DNA of 64,000 nt from Nitrososphaeria archaeon (GTDB lineage: Archaea; Thermoproteota; Nitrososphaeria; Geothermarchaeales; JDFR-13): the NCBI GenBank assembly GCA_027078545.1, contig JALWXN010000004.1, positions 96,001 through 160,000 on the forward strand. The letters run 5' to 3'. Below are positions 46,518-56,770 of this stretch, piece by piece (positions within the stretch are counted from its first letter, which is position 1; each line of letters begins with the position of its first letter). The translations under genes and the position numbers were made by a program. A model generated the notes under the pieces. The model worked only from the letters and a program-made list of their open reading frames with translations, was not told the origin of the DNA and ran no database searches.

Positions 46518-46699
46518 GGTATATCCCCTTCCTCCCCCGTATCGACCGGGGATACCACGATGCTAAAATCCTGGGGATCGAAGATACGTCCACAAACCAT
46601 GCAACTCTCCAATGTCCTAACCAGCTTAGAGATGGGTTGTGGATCTGAGTCTAGGAAGTATACCTCTCCGCAGTTAGAACACTTCACGATGAAGGGCAT
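46514..46699 (-). CDS. Small Zn-finger protein
   Basis: CSNCG...CMVCG; overlaps the gcvT start. Confidence 0.6.
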   Translation of the reverse strand: MPFIVKCSNCGEVYFLDSDPQPISKLVRTLESCMVCGRIFDPQDFSIVVSPVDTGEEGDIP

Positions 46700-46759
46700 A
46701 GCGAATTATAAATAGGGTGTCCAAGGTTTATAACGTGTCTAGATCCTAATAGTCTTGGT

Positions 46760-47101
46760 ATGGGGATCTACGAGTCAGTAGAGAAGATCCTGAGATATAG
46801 GGTAGAGAGAACAGCTAAGAAGGGCATATTAAGTAGGGGCAGGATAGGAAACTTCGTAAAAATTGCTATCTCAGGAATATTTGCACTTCTCCTAACCGGT
46901 ATAATGAATATCAATCCTAGGAACTTCCCAAACACTACGCTATTCACCGTGGTTAATCTAGTCTACCTAGTGGCCATGTACATGATTTTAACGACAATCG
47001 AGAAGAACTCTAGGGATAGAACATTGTTCTATATTGGCGTAGTGCTTGTAATGATGTTGATGATGTTCTCTTCATGGTTCATAACCTTCGCCATCAGGTA
47101 G
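46760..47101 (+). CDS. Hypothetical three-TM membrane protein
   Basis: Hydrophobic helices, fills an intergenic gap. Confidence 0.55.
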   Translation: MGIYESVEKILRYRVERTAKKGILSRGRIGNFVKIAISGIFALLLTGIMNINPRNFPNTTLFTVVNLVYLVAMYMILTTIEKNSRDRTLFYIGVVLVMMLMMFSSWFITFAIR

Positions 47102-47572
47102 ATCTTCCCTCAATTTCATCCCTGCTGGGGTGGATAGCTTCACATATATCTTGTCGAAGAAGTTGGACAATAGATCGATAAGGGAGGGATCCAGCCGTTC
47201 ATAGAGCCAGAAAACAACTCCCTGGCTACTCCACACGTTATTCAGGAGAAGGAGGAGAATAAAGGGGCAGCTCCTACTAGTTAGAGAAAAAAGCTCGGAG
47301 CAGGGAATATTATAAATCAGCTTCAACCCACTCTCCGACCAGTTAAACGAGTCGATTAGTACGCTATCAATTGAGAATGGTTTGAATATCCTTAGATTTG
47401 TTCTGGGATCTAGCATTGTGGATAGGTCTATAGCTGTCTCAGGATTGATGATATTCAGTACATCCACGATATAGACATCGGGAATCCCCATGCCTACCTC
47501 TCTTATCAACCTAGCCAATGCATCCAACTCTCTACGTGGGGGGAGTAGATCCCCATGGACTAGGATCCTCAA
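47072..47572 (-). CDS. Hypothetical protein
   Basis: 166 aa ORF coupled to the helicase gene. Confidence 0.5.
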   Translation of the reverse strand: MRILVHGDLLPPRRELDALARLIREVGMGIPDVYIVDVLNIINPETAIDLSTMLDPRTNLRIFKPFSIDSVLIDSFNWSESGLKLIYNIPCSELFSLTSRSCPFILLLLLNNVWSSQGVVFWLYERLDPSLIDLLSNFFDKIYVKLSTPAGMKLREDLPDGEGYEP

Positions 47573-49344
47573 GCATCACCACCCTTGTCTCTAGGAAATA
47601 TTATTTTTTCTCTGAACCATTCAGGAATCAAATTCTCTTCTCTGAAATACTTAAGCGCCCTACGCTCAAGCAGATAGATGTTAATACTCCTACGTGGCCT
47701 TACAAACCTCCCTATCACCTGGATTATATAGTTGATAGCCGGTACTATGTAGCCGTATAGAAACAGTTTTCTCCTCGACCTTGAGGATAGAATCGTCGAC
47801 AACCTTACATCGTATAGATCATCAATGGGCAGTATAGAGAGGCCGTAGATTACTATGGATACCTCGCCCCCAACTGATCTAAACAGGTTAACACCTTCTG
47901 AATACCGGCCTCTATGAGTCATAAACACAACCTTCTTTCGGATCCTGATCATATTTTCTATCTCCTTCTCATCCATGATGTCGATTAGGAACGGTGGTGA
48001 AAAACTATCTGTCCCAAGCACATAGGAGAGATATTCATCATAGACTTGTCTAGACAGATCCTTTGAAGGTAGGAACACGTATATGTCACCCAAGGTTTTC
48101 CTCCTAAGCTCGATGAGAAAGTCAACTATTCTACTGATCTGCTCAGGTGAACGTTCAACATATCTGCTTGTGAAGGATCTGAGGAGCTTAACAGATATGT
48201 TACACTTATCGAGAGGATCGAATAGATAGGGTTTGGATAGCTTTATAACAGGTTTCTTCACCCCAAGCTTGCCGAGCATGTCAACATAGAGATCGGTTGG
48301 ACTTAGGGTTGCTGACATTAGCATCGTTGATAATGAGGAATTTATCAATTTGGATAGAAAACCGTGGCGACTTGGGAACTGTAGAATCAATTTGTCCCGT
48401 AGGATCTTAAGCTCGCCCTCAAACTTCTTAGGCAGGTGAATTATATCCTGTAGGACATCCATGTATCCATCAAACACTCGGTTGAGAAGCTCCTCGAAAA
48501 CTAGTATATTCTCTTCCAGCATTCCCTTGGCGAACCGTCTGTTCAACTGTTCGCTTAGGAATAGGAGGGTCTCATAAGTTCTCTCCTTATCCTTCGCTCC
48601 ATTCTGTCTCAGCATATCCATTAGAATGGCGACTGTCCTCGCCTCCTCCTTCCATCCGACACTCTCAAACTTCGTCTGCAGTAGGCGTAGACTTCTAATG
48701 TTGAAAACCTTGATTCTGGAATCGATTAGTAGATCCATCAAGTTGTGGGCTTCATCTATGAAAACTACATATCTCATGGGGGTAGTGGCTGTAAAGAGGG
48801 AACTATCTGTTAAATGGTTGTAGGTAGCGACGATGATTGGCGAGTTTTTAGCAATAAATTTAAGCGAGTAGTAGGGGCAGAACCCCTTCTCGATAAGTTT
48901 CTCGACGATCTCATTGAAGACCTTGCCCTTGCTGTACTCCTTCATATATGTGCTTAATGGATCGCCGGCTACAGTAGCCCTATAATCAGGGCAGTCAAAG
49001 CCGTTTCCCCTAGCCCTGCACACTGAATAAGCTATCGCCGGATTGTTTGGACTCCCATATAAACACATGAGATCCTTACCCATCACAGGGGCTACCAACA
49101 CGTCTCTATATTCGTAGGACGCGGCGAGATTACGAATACGGCTGAAATATTCCTCGACTAGTGTATGGGTTCTTACGAATATGAAGCTGTTTATCCTGCC
49201 AAAGTGCCAGAGCTTCATCGCAAGTACACTAGCTAGTGTGGACTTACCTGCACCAGTAGGCTGTTCAAGTAGGTATACAGCTGGCGATCTTGTCATCTTC
49301 CTGAGATAGTACTCAACTACATTGTCATCGATTCCAGCTTCCAT
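47569..49344 (-). CDS. XPD/Rad3/DinG-family Fe-S helicase
   Basis: PTGAGKS, four Cys including CPYY, DEAHNL, SATL, QVIGRFVR. Confidence 0.85.
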   Translation of the reverse strand: MEAGIDDNVVEYYLRKMTRSPAVYLLEQPTGAGKSTLASVLAMKLWHFGRINSFIFVRTHTLVEEYFSRIRNLAASYEYRDVLVAPVMGKDLMCLYGSPNNPAIAYSVCRARGNGFDCPDYRATVAGDPLSTYMKEYSKGKVFNEIVEKLIEKGFCPYYSLKFIAKNSPIIVATYNHLTDSSLFTATTPMRYVVFIDEAHNLMDLLIDSRIKVFNIRSLRLLQTKFESVGWKEEARTVAILMDMLRQNGAKDKERTYETLLFLSEQLNRRFAKGMLEENILVFEELLNRVFDGYMDVLQDIIHLPKKFEGELKILRDKLILQFPSRHGFLSKLINSSLSTMLMSATLSPTDLYVDMLGKLGVKKPVIKLSKPYLFDPLDKCNISVKLLRSFTSRYVERSPEQISRIVDFLIELRRKTLGDIYVFLPSKDLSRQVYDEYLSYVLGTDSFSPPFLIDIMDEKEIENMIRIRKKVVFMTHRGRYSEGVNLFRSVGGEVSIVIYGLSILPIDDLYDVRLSTILSSRSRRKLFLYGYIVPAINYIIQVIGRFVRPRRSINIYLLERRALKYFREENLIPEWFREKIIFPRDKGGDA

Positions 49345-49463
49345 CCCATATAGTTATAATTGTATATAGTTTACGAGGAGACGAAGAGTAAGGTGTAAAT
49401 ATTCGCTATCCATGGGAAAAGAGGATATCTAATACTGATGGGCAACCTATAGATTAACGGGAG

Positions 49464-51695
49464 ATGGCCTATTTCAACCATCCACTTCTAAAGAAGGACA
49501 CGTTAGAATATCGTGTTTATCAGGACGAACTGGCTAAGAAGGCGGCGAAGAAAAACACTCTACTCGTCCTCCCAACGGGAACAGGTAAGACTGTAATAGC
49601 CCTACTAACTATACTTAGATGGTTGGATGAAAACCCTGATGGTAGGGCCTTCTTTCTAGCCCCTACAAGACCCCTTGTACATCAACACTATAAATTCTTT
49701 AGATCAGTCCTAGAGGGAGGGGTAACTATAGGTGTCTTGACGGGTGAACAGAGGCCTGAAAATAGGAGGATCCTATGGAATCAGAAAATAGTGTTTGCTA
49801 CTCCCCAGATACTCTATAACGATCTAGTTAGGGGTACAGTCTCAATAAGTAACAATGATATTCTAGTGTTCGACGAGGCTCACAGAGCAGTTGGCAACTA
49901 TGCATACGTAAAGATAGTTACGTATCTCAGACTAAGATCAATAGAGCCTAGGATACTAGCCATGACAGCATCGCCGGGCGATAAGACGAAGACCATGGAG
50001 ATCATACGTAACCTAGGACTGGAGAACCTTGAGATCTATACCCATGACGATCCGCTGATCGAGCAGTACTTCCACGGATATAGCGTGAAACCAGTCTTCA
50101 TAGAGATGGATCCTGTCCTTAGACACATAATCAACCTGGTGAAGACTGTTATGGAGAGATATGTCGACAGGGCCAACCTCATGCTCGAACCCTACGAGCT
50201 GAGGATCGACAAATCCAGAGTCTCATATAGCCAGATAGAGGAGATAAGGACACAGCTAAACGAGAAGATAACACCATTTAACGCCGTAGAGGAGAAGAAG
50301 ATCAAGATGATAAGGAAGATCCTCTATGAGATCATCCTCCTAGACAAATTCCTAACATACCTGGAGAGCTATACATACCAAACCGCACACAAATACATCT
50401 CTGAACTACTCGGATACTCGGGAAGCTCCAAGAAAGGCCTCAGCCTTAAAAATGAACGGGAGATCAGGGAAGCGTACTACCTCTTAGACTCACTTATCCG
50501 AAACGGCAGGATGCATCCAAAGACACAGAAACTGATAAACGTGCTCTCAGAGGAGGAGTTTAGACGTGCACTTGTATTTACGACTCTAAAAGAGAACGCC
50601 TATGAGCTGAGCAGTATAATTGCAACTAAGCTCGGGATCCCCTCATCCGTACTGGTAGGCAGGGGAAACAATGGGAGCAAGGGTATGAAGCAGAGTCTAC
50701 AGATAAAGACCTTGGAAGACTTCAGCTCAGGAGCGATAAGAGTCCTCGTAGCGACAAACATTGGGGAGGAGGGCCTAGACATTTCAGAGGTAGATCTGGT
50801 CATCTTCTACGACAACCCAGTAAGCGTCATCAGAAGGATACAGCGTATGGGTAGAACGGGACGTAAACAACATGGGAAAGTCATATTCCTAATACTCAGG
50901 GGGACCAGGGACGAGAAGAAGTACTATGCAGGGATACATAGATATAGGAGACTAGTAAGAGAGTTGAAAGAGCTTAAGAAGGAGCTTGAACTGATGAGCA
51001 CCTCATCAACACTAGACAACTTCATCTCAAGCGAACAGAGAAGGGAGGAGTACGTCGTCATAGTAGATACTAGGGAGCAGGGAAGCATTGTAAACAAGCT
51101 AGAGGCCATGAGGATACCCGTGAGGATAGAGTCACTAGAAATAGGTGACTACATCATCGGCAGAACCATAATCGAGAGGAAGACTGTGAAGGACTTTATG
51201 AGATCCCTCTATGAGGGTAGGCTATTCACACAGCTTAAAGAACTATCCACGCTAAAGGACTATAACAAGATCCTGCTCCTAGAGGGAGATAAAAAGGAGC
51301 TCCTAATATCAATGGGAACAAATACAGCAATAGGCACCATACTAACCATAGTCAACGACTACAAGATCCCTATCTACTACAGCGAGAATGAGGAGGAGAC
51401 CGCCAACCTGCTAAAGGTGCTCTACAACAGAGCGGTTAGAAACAAGGAGAAGACGGAGCGCATAAGGATGGATAAGAAGCCTAAGCAGCTAGAGGAGATA
51501 CAGCTATATGTACTGGCTGGGATACCCGGGATAGACAACAAGATGGCCAGGAGACTACTGGAGAAGTTCGGATCTCTAAAAGCAATAGCTAATGCCTCTC
51601 CAAACGACCTTATGAAGGTCCACGGAATCGGACCCGAGCTGGCTATGAGGATATACCGGGTATTCAATCATCACTACCGTGAGAAGGCTTCCTAG
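49464..51695 (+). CDS. hef: Hef (FANCM-like helicase fused to ERCC4 nuclease)
   Basis: PTGTGKT, DEAHRAVG, QRMGRTGR, then VDTRE, GDY, ERK nuclease motifs and (HhH)2. Confidence 0.93.
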   Translation: MAYFNHPLLKKDTLEYRVYQDELAKKAAKKNTLLVLPTGTGKTVIALLTILRWLDENPDGRAFFLAPTRPLVHQHYKFFRSVLEGGVTIGVLTGEQRPENRRILWNQKIVFATPQILYNDLVRGTVSISNNDILVFDEAHRAVGNYAYVKIVTYLRLRSIEPRILAMTASPGDKTKTMEIIRNLGLENLEIYTHDDPLIEQYFHGYSVKPVFIEMDPVLRHIINLVKTVMERYVDRANLMLEPYELRIDKSRVSYSQIEEIRTQLNEKITPFNAVEEKKIKMIRKILYEIILLDKFLTYLESYTYQTAHKYISELLGYSGSSKKGLSLKNEREIREAYYLLDSLIRNGRMHPKTQKLINVLSEEEFRRALVFTTLKENAYELSSIIATKLGIPSSVLVGRGNNGSKGMKQSLQIKTLEDFSSGAIRVLVATNIGEEGLDISEVDLVIFYDNPVSVIRRIQRMGRTGRKQHGKVIFLILRGTRDEKKYYAGIHRYRRLVRELKELKKELELMSTSSTLDNFISSEQRREEYVVIVDTREQGSIVNKLEAMRIPVRIESLEIGDYIIGRTIIERKTVKDFMRSLYEGRLFTQLKELSTLKDYNKILLLEGDKKELLISMGTNTAIGTILTIVNDYKIPIYYSENEEETANLLKVLYNRAVRNKEKTERIRMDKKPKQLEEIQLYVLAGIPGIDNKMARRLLEKFGSLKAIANASPNDLMKVHGIGPELAMRIYRVFNHHYREKAS

Positions 51696-51999
51696 CAAGG
51701 TTAAGAAGCCTGACGAGAGACTCTAGCATAGCCAGATCCTCCCTACTCAGCTCCTCCTTAGACAGGAGACCCCTAATCTCATTAACCAGCCTATACCTCA
51801 GAGTATTCCTGACCTCCCTCTCAAGCTCATCAACATACTCATCAAAAGTATCCACGACCTTAACATCCCTATCACAGACTGCACAGAAATACCTGTCGTC
51901 CTTCTTCAAGAGCGGGGACCCACATGATGGACACTCCAGATCCGTGAGGATCCATCCCTGCTTCATCAACCTACTTATACGTTTCTCCTCTCCTCCCAT
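51664..51999 (-). CDS. UPF0148/SSSCA1-like Zn-ribbon protein
   Basis: LMKQGW.L...CPSCGSPL...FCAVC. Confidence 0.8.
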   Translation of the reverse strand: MGGEEKRISRLMKQGWILTDLECPSCGSPLLKKDDRYFCAVCDRDVKVVDTFDEYVDELEREVRNTLRYRLVNEIRGLLSKEELSREDLAMLESLVRLLNLARKPSHGSDD

Positions 52000-52105
52000 C
52001 CCAGTTAGAATTAGCATCCACCCGAATTATAATGATGCCTAACCCCTAATTCATCGCCTTATAAATCTTCATATTCCCCAACCCTTTATAGTGGGAGGTG
52101 GTCCT

Positions 52106-52384
52106 ATGCCCAGAAGAATGAGCAAGACAGAGATCGAGGAACGATTCAAGAAGGCTAAGGAGATCCTCGGGAAGATAGTCAATAATAGACAGATACCTAG
52201 GAACATTAGGAGACTCGCCGAGGAGACCATGGCCATACTAGACGACGAGTCCATGACACCAGCCGCCAGAGCAGCATCAGCCATACAGAACATAGAGAAC
52301 ATGGCATATGACCCCAACATGCCCATATTCGCAAGGATGTGGGTATGGTCAGCAGTGGCGATTCTTGAGCCTATAAGAGACTAA
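52106..52384 (+). CDS. UPF0147 family protein
   Basis: IPRNIRR, RAASAI, DPNMP..AR..W. Confidence 0.88.
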   Translation: MPRRMSKTEIEERFKKAKEILGKIVNNRQIPRNIRRLAEETMAILDDESMTPAARAASAIQNIENMAYDPNMPIFARMWVWSAVAILEPIRD

Positions 52385-52421
52385 CCAATATAATGACTAG
52401 CCATACAATCTAGATTTTGGT

Positions 52422-52543
52422 GGAGGGGTTCCCCTAGCCTGGCCAACCCCCCACGGGGGGCTATCGGGGGCGGGCTCAAGGTTGAAAGAGGAGAAACCCG
52501 CTGGCGTAGGCCTTCGTGGGTTCAAATCCCACCCCCTCCACCA
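52422..52543 (+). tRNA. tRNA-Leu(CAA) with two introns: D-loop (52447-52464) and 37/38 (52481-52495)
   Basis: Body nearly identical to Leu(TAA) at 27576; GCGGG/CCCGC stem. Confidence 0.9.
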
Positions 52544-52551
52544 ATGCATAG

Positions 52552-52670
52552 GCCGGGATGCCCGAGTGGCCCAAGGGGTCGCCGCAGCGGCCTAGGCCTC
52601 GAGATCCCCCTGCTCGGGCTAGCCGATGGGGCTCCGCCCCGCGTGGGTTCAAATCCCACTCCCGGCGCCA
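52552..52670 (+). tRNA. tRNA-Ser(CGA) with two introns: anticodon stem about 29/30 (52582-52595) and 37/38 (52604-52620)
   Basis: Aligns to Ser(GCT) at 13008 once the 14-nt and 17-nt inserts are removed. Confidence 0.88.
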
Positions 52671-52685
52671 ACATACTTGATCCAG

Positions 52686-54146
52686 GTGCACCTAAAGGTG
52701 AGGATTGAGGAGGTAGTACGATACATCAACAGCCAGGGATACATAGTACCTACAACCGTCATAAAGAGGTTTGAAGGTGTAGAGATAGATCTTGACGAAG
52801 ACAGGATAACCCAGTTCCTCCTCGAACAGGGAAGCATCATAATTGACGAGGAGAGTATAACGTCCTTCCTAGAAAGATACGTAACCAAGACGGGAGAAAC
52901 CGAGGAGGAACTAGAGATCGATATACTCTTGGAACATGATAACACGAGGATAAATGATCCAGCGGTTTTCCAGGAACTCCTCAGGAGCAGATATGAGGAC
53001 CTGAGAAAAAGGGTCGTCAGATCCATCGGGACATCCCAGATCTATACTGCGTCATCCCTCTTCACCGACATAGCCCTAAAGAAAGATATTAAAACGGTCT
53101 ACGTAGCCGGCCTGATATACTCGAAGAGAGTCATGGAGGACAGAGTAACAATAGAGCTGGAAGATCTATCAGGCATGATAACCGCAACAGTGTACAAGAA
53201 TACAAGGCCACAGGTATACAATACGGTGGTTAGACTCCCCCTAGACAGTTTAGTTGGACTCAAACTCAGAGTTGGTAATGAGGGCCGGTTAGCAATAGAG
53301 GACGTATATTTACCCAAGACCAAGAGCCTAGGCCAGACGAGGAATGTCGATGCATACATAGCCCTTATATCTGATATTCACGTTGGAAGTAAGAAGTTCA
53401 ACGAGGAGCTCTTCCTAGAATTCATAGACATACTGAGGGGGGAGACCGACAACACAGTACTCAGGGAGATCGTGAGGAAGACCGAGGCCCTCCTAATAGC
53501 TGGAGACCTTGTCGACGGTGTAGGAGTATACCCAAACCAAGAGAAGGAGTTGGATATAGATGATCTATGGCAACAATATGAGTATGCATATAGCCTGATA
53601 TCTAAGATTCCCCGCCGGATCAGGGTCATAATCATACCAGGTAACCACGACGCAAGCAGAAACGCCCTGCCACAGCCACCAATCTTCAAAAAATTTGCTG
53701 GAAAACTCTATGAAGACACACGTGTTTACATGCTCCCAAACCCTGTAAACATAGGTTTGCAGGGTGTAAACACGTACATCTACCACGGAGACTATATCCA
53801 AGACCTATTAACATCAACGCCTACCGTGGATCTAGACGACGTGGCCTCAGCCACAAAGATAATGATCAACACAGGCCACGTAGCCACCAACCTATCGCTA
53901 AACACCAAGGTGTTCCCCACACCAAACGACACCCTAGTACTACCTCCCAATATCGACCTGCTACACTTCGGCCATACGCATAAATTCAGGATCATGAAGA
54001 TCAACGGCGTACTAGCCATAAACAGTGGGACATTCCAGGAACAGACAACGTTCCAGAAGATGATGAAGATAGAGCCCGATGTAGGGAAAGTGGCGTTCAT
54101 ACATCTAGACGGCCTGAAACCCTTGACTCTAGACCTAACCGCCTAG
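52686..54146 (+). CDS. polB: DNA polymerase D small (proofreading) subunit DP1
   Basis: OB fold, SDIHVGS, AGDLVDG.G.YP.Q, PGNHDA, HG, GHTH, NSGTFQ; start uncertain. Confidence 0.93.
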   Translation: MHLKVRIEEVVRYINSQGYIVPTTVIKRFEGVEIDLDEDRITQFLLEQGSIIIDEESITSFLERYVTKTGETEEELEIDILLEHDNTRINDPAVFQELLRSRYEDLRKRVVRSIGTSQIYTASSLFTDIALKKDIKTVYVAGLIYSKRVMEDRVTIELEDLSGMITATVYKNTRPQVYNTVVRLPLDSLVGLKLRVGNEGRLAIEDVYLPKTKSLGQTRNVDAYIALISDIHVGSKKFNEELFLEFIDILRGETDNTVLREIVRKTEALLIAGDLVDGVGVYPNQEKELDIDDLWQQYEYAYSLISKIPRRIRVIIIPGNHDASRNALPQPPIFKKFAGKLYEDTRVYMLPNPVNIGLQGVNTYIYHGDYIQDLLTSTPTVDLDDVASATKIMINTGHVATNLSLNTKVFPTPNDTLVLPPNIDLLHFGHTHKFRIMKINGVLAINSGTFQEQTTFQKMMKIEPDVGKVAFIHLDGLKPLTLDLTA

Positions 54147-54149
54147 ACG

Positions 54150-55355
54150 TTAGAGAATATCCTCGATCAATGGATCTTCGGACAACGACTTCAACAATTC
54201 CTCCCTATCAACAAGAAGCCTGACAGTGCTAACCCTCCCACCTCTACGGCCATAGTTGTAGATCCTCCTACTTACAAGACCCATAACAGCCAACTCGGAG
54301 ACGAGGCTATAGAACCTCCTATAGGAGAGTGGATCCTCCCCCACCAGTTTACACAACCCGGTATATATGCTGTATAGCTTGGAAGACTGGATATTAGTTG
54401 ATCCAGCCTTGACTAGAGACACTAGGATGATCTTGCTGTGGAAGGGAAGCGTCTTGATCACCTCGGCGGTCCTCTCCACATCAATCCTCTCATAAGCCTC
54501 CCTAACATGCTCCTCAACAACTCTATGATCACCCCGTTCCTCAGCGATCTCACCAGCAACCCTGATGATGTCGAGGGCCTTCCTAGCATCCCCATGCTCG
54601 GATGCTGAGAGGGCTGCGGCCAGCTTGATACTACCGTCCTCAACAACGTTCGGCTTGAAGGCAAGCTTAACCCTCTCCCTGATAATCACCTCAAGCTCAG
54701 AAGCGGTATAGGGTTTAAACACGATCTCCTCCTCACTAAGACTGGAGAGTACCCTAGGATCCATAAGATCCTTAAACCTAAGGTCGTTGGATATCCCGAT
54801 GATCATGTAGGGAATATCGGCACCCTCATATCCAGCCCTTGTGAAGGAGTATAGAAGCTGATCACCATACCTAGTAACCAACACGTCTATCTCATCCAGC
54901 ACTATGACTATCGGAATCCTATCCTCCCTCAGCCTCAGAAGAACCCTAGAAATACCCTCCTCAACCGATAGGCCGGTGAAGGGTAGATCAACCCCAATAT
55001 CCGAAGCGATGCTAGCGACGACCCTATACTCGGTTCCGGCCATCCTACAGTTGACATATGAGATGTAGGCCGGGATACTATTCCTCTCGAGAAAGTCTCT
55101 CAGCCGGCCCAGTACATACTTAGTAACCGCGGTCTTACCCGTACCTGGCTTACCATAGATAAAGACGTTAGAGCTCTTCTCACCACGTATTATAGGGGAG
55201 ATCAGCCTACCAAGCCTAGCAATCTCCTCATCCCTAAACGGTAGGCTACTCGGAATATAGTCGTGGAACAGGACCTTCTTGTCACGGAATATCGGGCTCT
55301 CAGACACCGCCCGCTCAAAGATCTTGTCAAGAAAATCATCCGACACACCTCCCAC
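54150..55355 (-). CDS. cdc6: Orc1/Cdc6 replication initiator
   Basis: YGKPGTGKT, LDEID, DPRVLSSL, GDARKALD, C-terminal wHTH GRRGGR. Confidence 0.96.
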   Translation of the reverse strand: MGGVSDDFLDKIFERAVSESPIFRDKKVLFHDYIPSSLPFRDEEIARLGRLISPIIRGEKSSNVFIYGKPGTGKTAVTKYVLGRLRDFLERNSIPAYISYVNCRMAGTEYRVVASIASDIGVDLPFTGLSVEEGISRVLLRLREDRIPIVIVLDEIDVLVTRYGDQLLYSFTRAGYEGADIPYMIIGISNDLRFKDLMDPRVLSSLSEEEIVFKPYTASELEVIIRERVKLAFKPNVVEDGSIKLAAALSASEHGDARKALDIIRVAGEIAEERGDHRVVEEHVREAYERIDVERTAEVIKTLPFHSKIILVSLVKAGSTNIQSSKLYSIYTGLCKLVGEDPLSYRRFYSLVSELAVMGLVSRRIYNYGRRGGRVSTVRLLVDREELLKSLSEDPLIEDIL

Positions 55356-55359
55356 CTAG

Positions 55360-55660
55360 TCAATTCAAGTGTTTCAAATGTTCTTTACTCTTCTGTGACT
55401 AGTGAGCACATAGGGTTAGATACATACTATGAACATCACTCTAGAACTTCATCCGCTTTTCCTACGTTCAGTATATGAAATATCATACTGAAACAGATGA
55501 AACCAAGGGGTGGGGAGTTTCACATGTTTCGCAGCTTTTCACAGGAAAGGCCTAAACCCCTCTGTTTCAAGTGAAACCTGTGAATAGCTATCAAGATTCC
55601 TCCAGGAATGTAACCCTTTAGGAGGCTTGCCTAACACAAGCTTTATCACTTCACAGATCT
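55360..55660. other. Probable replication origin (oriC) with ORB elements
   Basis: GAAACAGATGAAACCAAGGGG (55490-55510, +) and GTTTCACTTGAAACAGAGGGGT (55556-55577, -) converge; further mini-ORBs at 55371 and 55517; non-coding and upstream of cdc6. Confidence 0.8.
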
Positions 55661-55675
55661 ACACTATATACAGTC

Positions 55676-56083
55676 ATGAAGCGAAAAGTGAAGATCGAGG
55701 TCGAGGCCGACGATGGTACGAAGATCAGGATAGAGGTTCCCAACAATGATCCTGAGAAGATATACATGTATCTCAAGGCCCTCAACATGATAACCGGTGG
55801 TAAGGATCTCCAAGAGGCCGGATCTGAAAAGGCCGGATCCAGGGAAGCCACCCTCATTGTAGACAGGGTACGCGAGATAATCCTATCTGAATTCGGTATG
55901 AGCACCTTCACCTTACATGATCTCTACAAGATTTACGAGATGAAGTATGGTGAGTCTATCCCGAAGTCGACACTATCGACATATCTATCGCGCTTTGTAG
56001 ATGATGGGTTGATAGAGAGGATCGGTAGAAGAGGGAGCTACAGGTATAGGGTAGCATCACCCGCTTTGTTCCATACCCAATAA
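55676..56083 (+). CDS. Winged-helix DNA-binding protein
   Basis: C-terminal FTLHDL...STLSTYLSRFVDDGLIERIGRRGSYRY. Confidence 0.8.
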   Translation: MKRKVKIEVEADDGTKIRIEVPNNDPEKIYMYLKALNMITGGKDLQEAGSEKAGSREATLIVDRVREIILSEFGMSTFTLHDLYKIYEMKYGESIPKSTLSTYLSRFVDDGLIERIGRRGSYRYRVASPALFHTQ

Positions 56084-56656
56084 CTCTCTTATCTCGTCAA
56101 TCCTGTCAGGGTTGACACGATATCTATAGGGCTTGGATGTCTCAATCCTAACAACGTATCCCTTACTATACAGCATCTTGAGGACACGGGAAATATGCTC
56201 CCTAGACTTTCCTAGACTTGAACTCAGCTCCGATGATGTAGCCTCACCCCTATCCATTAGGAGTGATAAGACCTCTACCTCTGCCCTGGATAGTGCTGCC
56301 GATCTCCTAGGCCTCCTCTCCATAGCCTCAGTAGGTCGCATACTACTGGGAACTGGTACTGGTTCAGGTGTAGCCTCACGAGCAGTAGATACTATGGATT
56401 CCTTGCCTTCTGATCCTACTCTCCTCTCGTTGGAAAGTTTGGCCTCTAGTAGTGAGACTCTACTCTTAACAGTCTTCAGATCCTCCCTGAGTCTGGATAT
56501 GCTTTGTTGGAGAGAATAGATCTCGGAGTAGCTAAGGCCTTCGATATGCTTCCTTGTATCTGATATTATCCTCATCATCATGATGATGACTAGTGACGTA
56601 GAGATGACAAACACTGTAAGCGCTATATCCATGAGTGATATCATGACAATATACAT
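56057..56656 (-). CDS. Membrane-anchored coiled-coil plus wHTH protein
   Basis: N-terminal TM, heptad stretch, Pro/Ser linker, LSRAEVEVL...SREHISRVLKMLYSKGYV.R....PYRY. Confidence 0.8.
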   Translation of the reverse strand: MYIVMISLMDIALTVFVISTSLVIIMMMRIISDTRKHIEGLSYSEIYSLQQSISRLREDLKTVKSRVSLLEAKLSNERRVGSEGKESIVSTAREATPEPVPVPSSMRPTEAMERRPRRSAALSRAEVEVLSLLMDRGEATSSELSSSLGKSREHISRVLKMLYSKGYVVRIETSKPYRYRVNPDRIDEIRELLGMEQSG

Positions 56657-56770
56657 TTTGTGACGTCATCATTATAAACAGTGATGCGGCTCCTCAATAC
56701 GGAAATAATAAGATGTGGACCTGGATCACTAGACCAGCAAAAAGATCCGCATGTCTATATTCTCTCGCGA

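Noticed and set aside
56681-56755. Weak hairpin between the two minus-strand HTH genes
   Set aside because: Pairing is short and imperfect; no recognisable RNA motif
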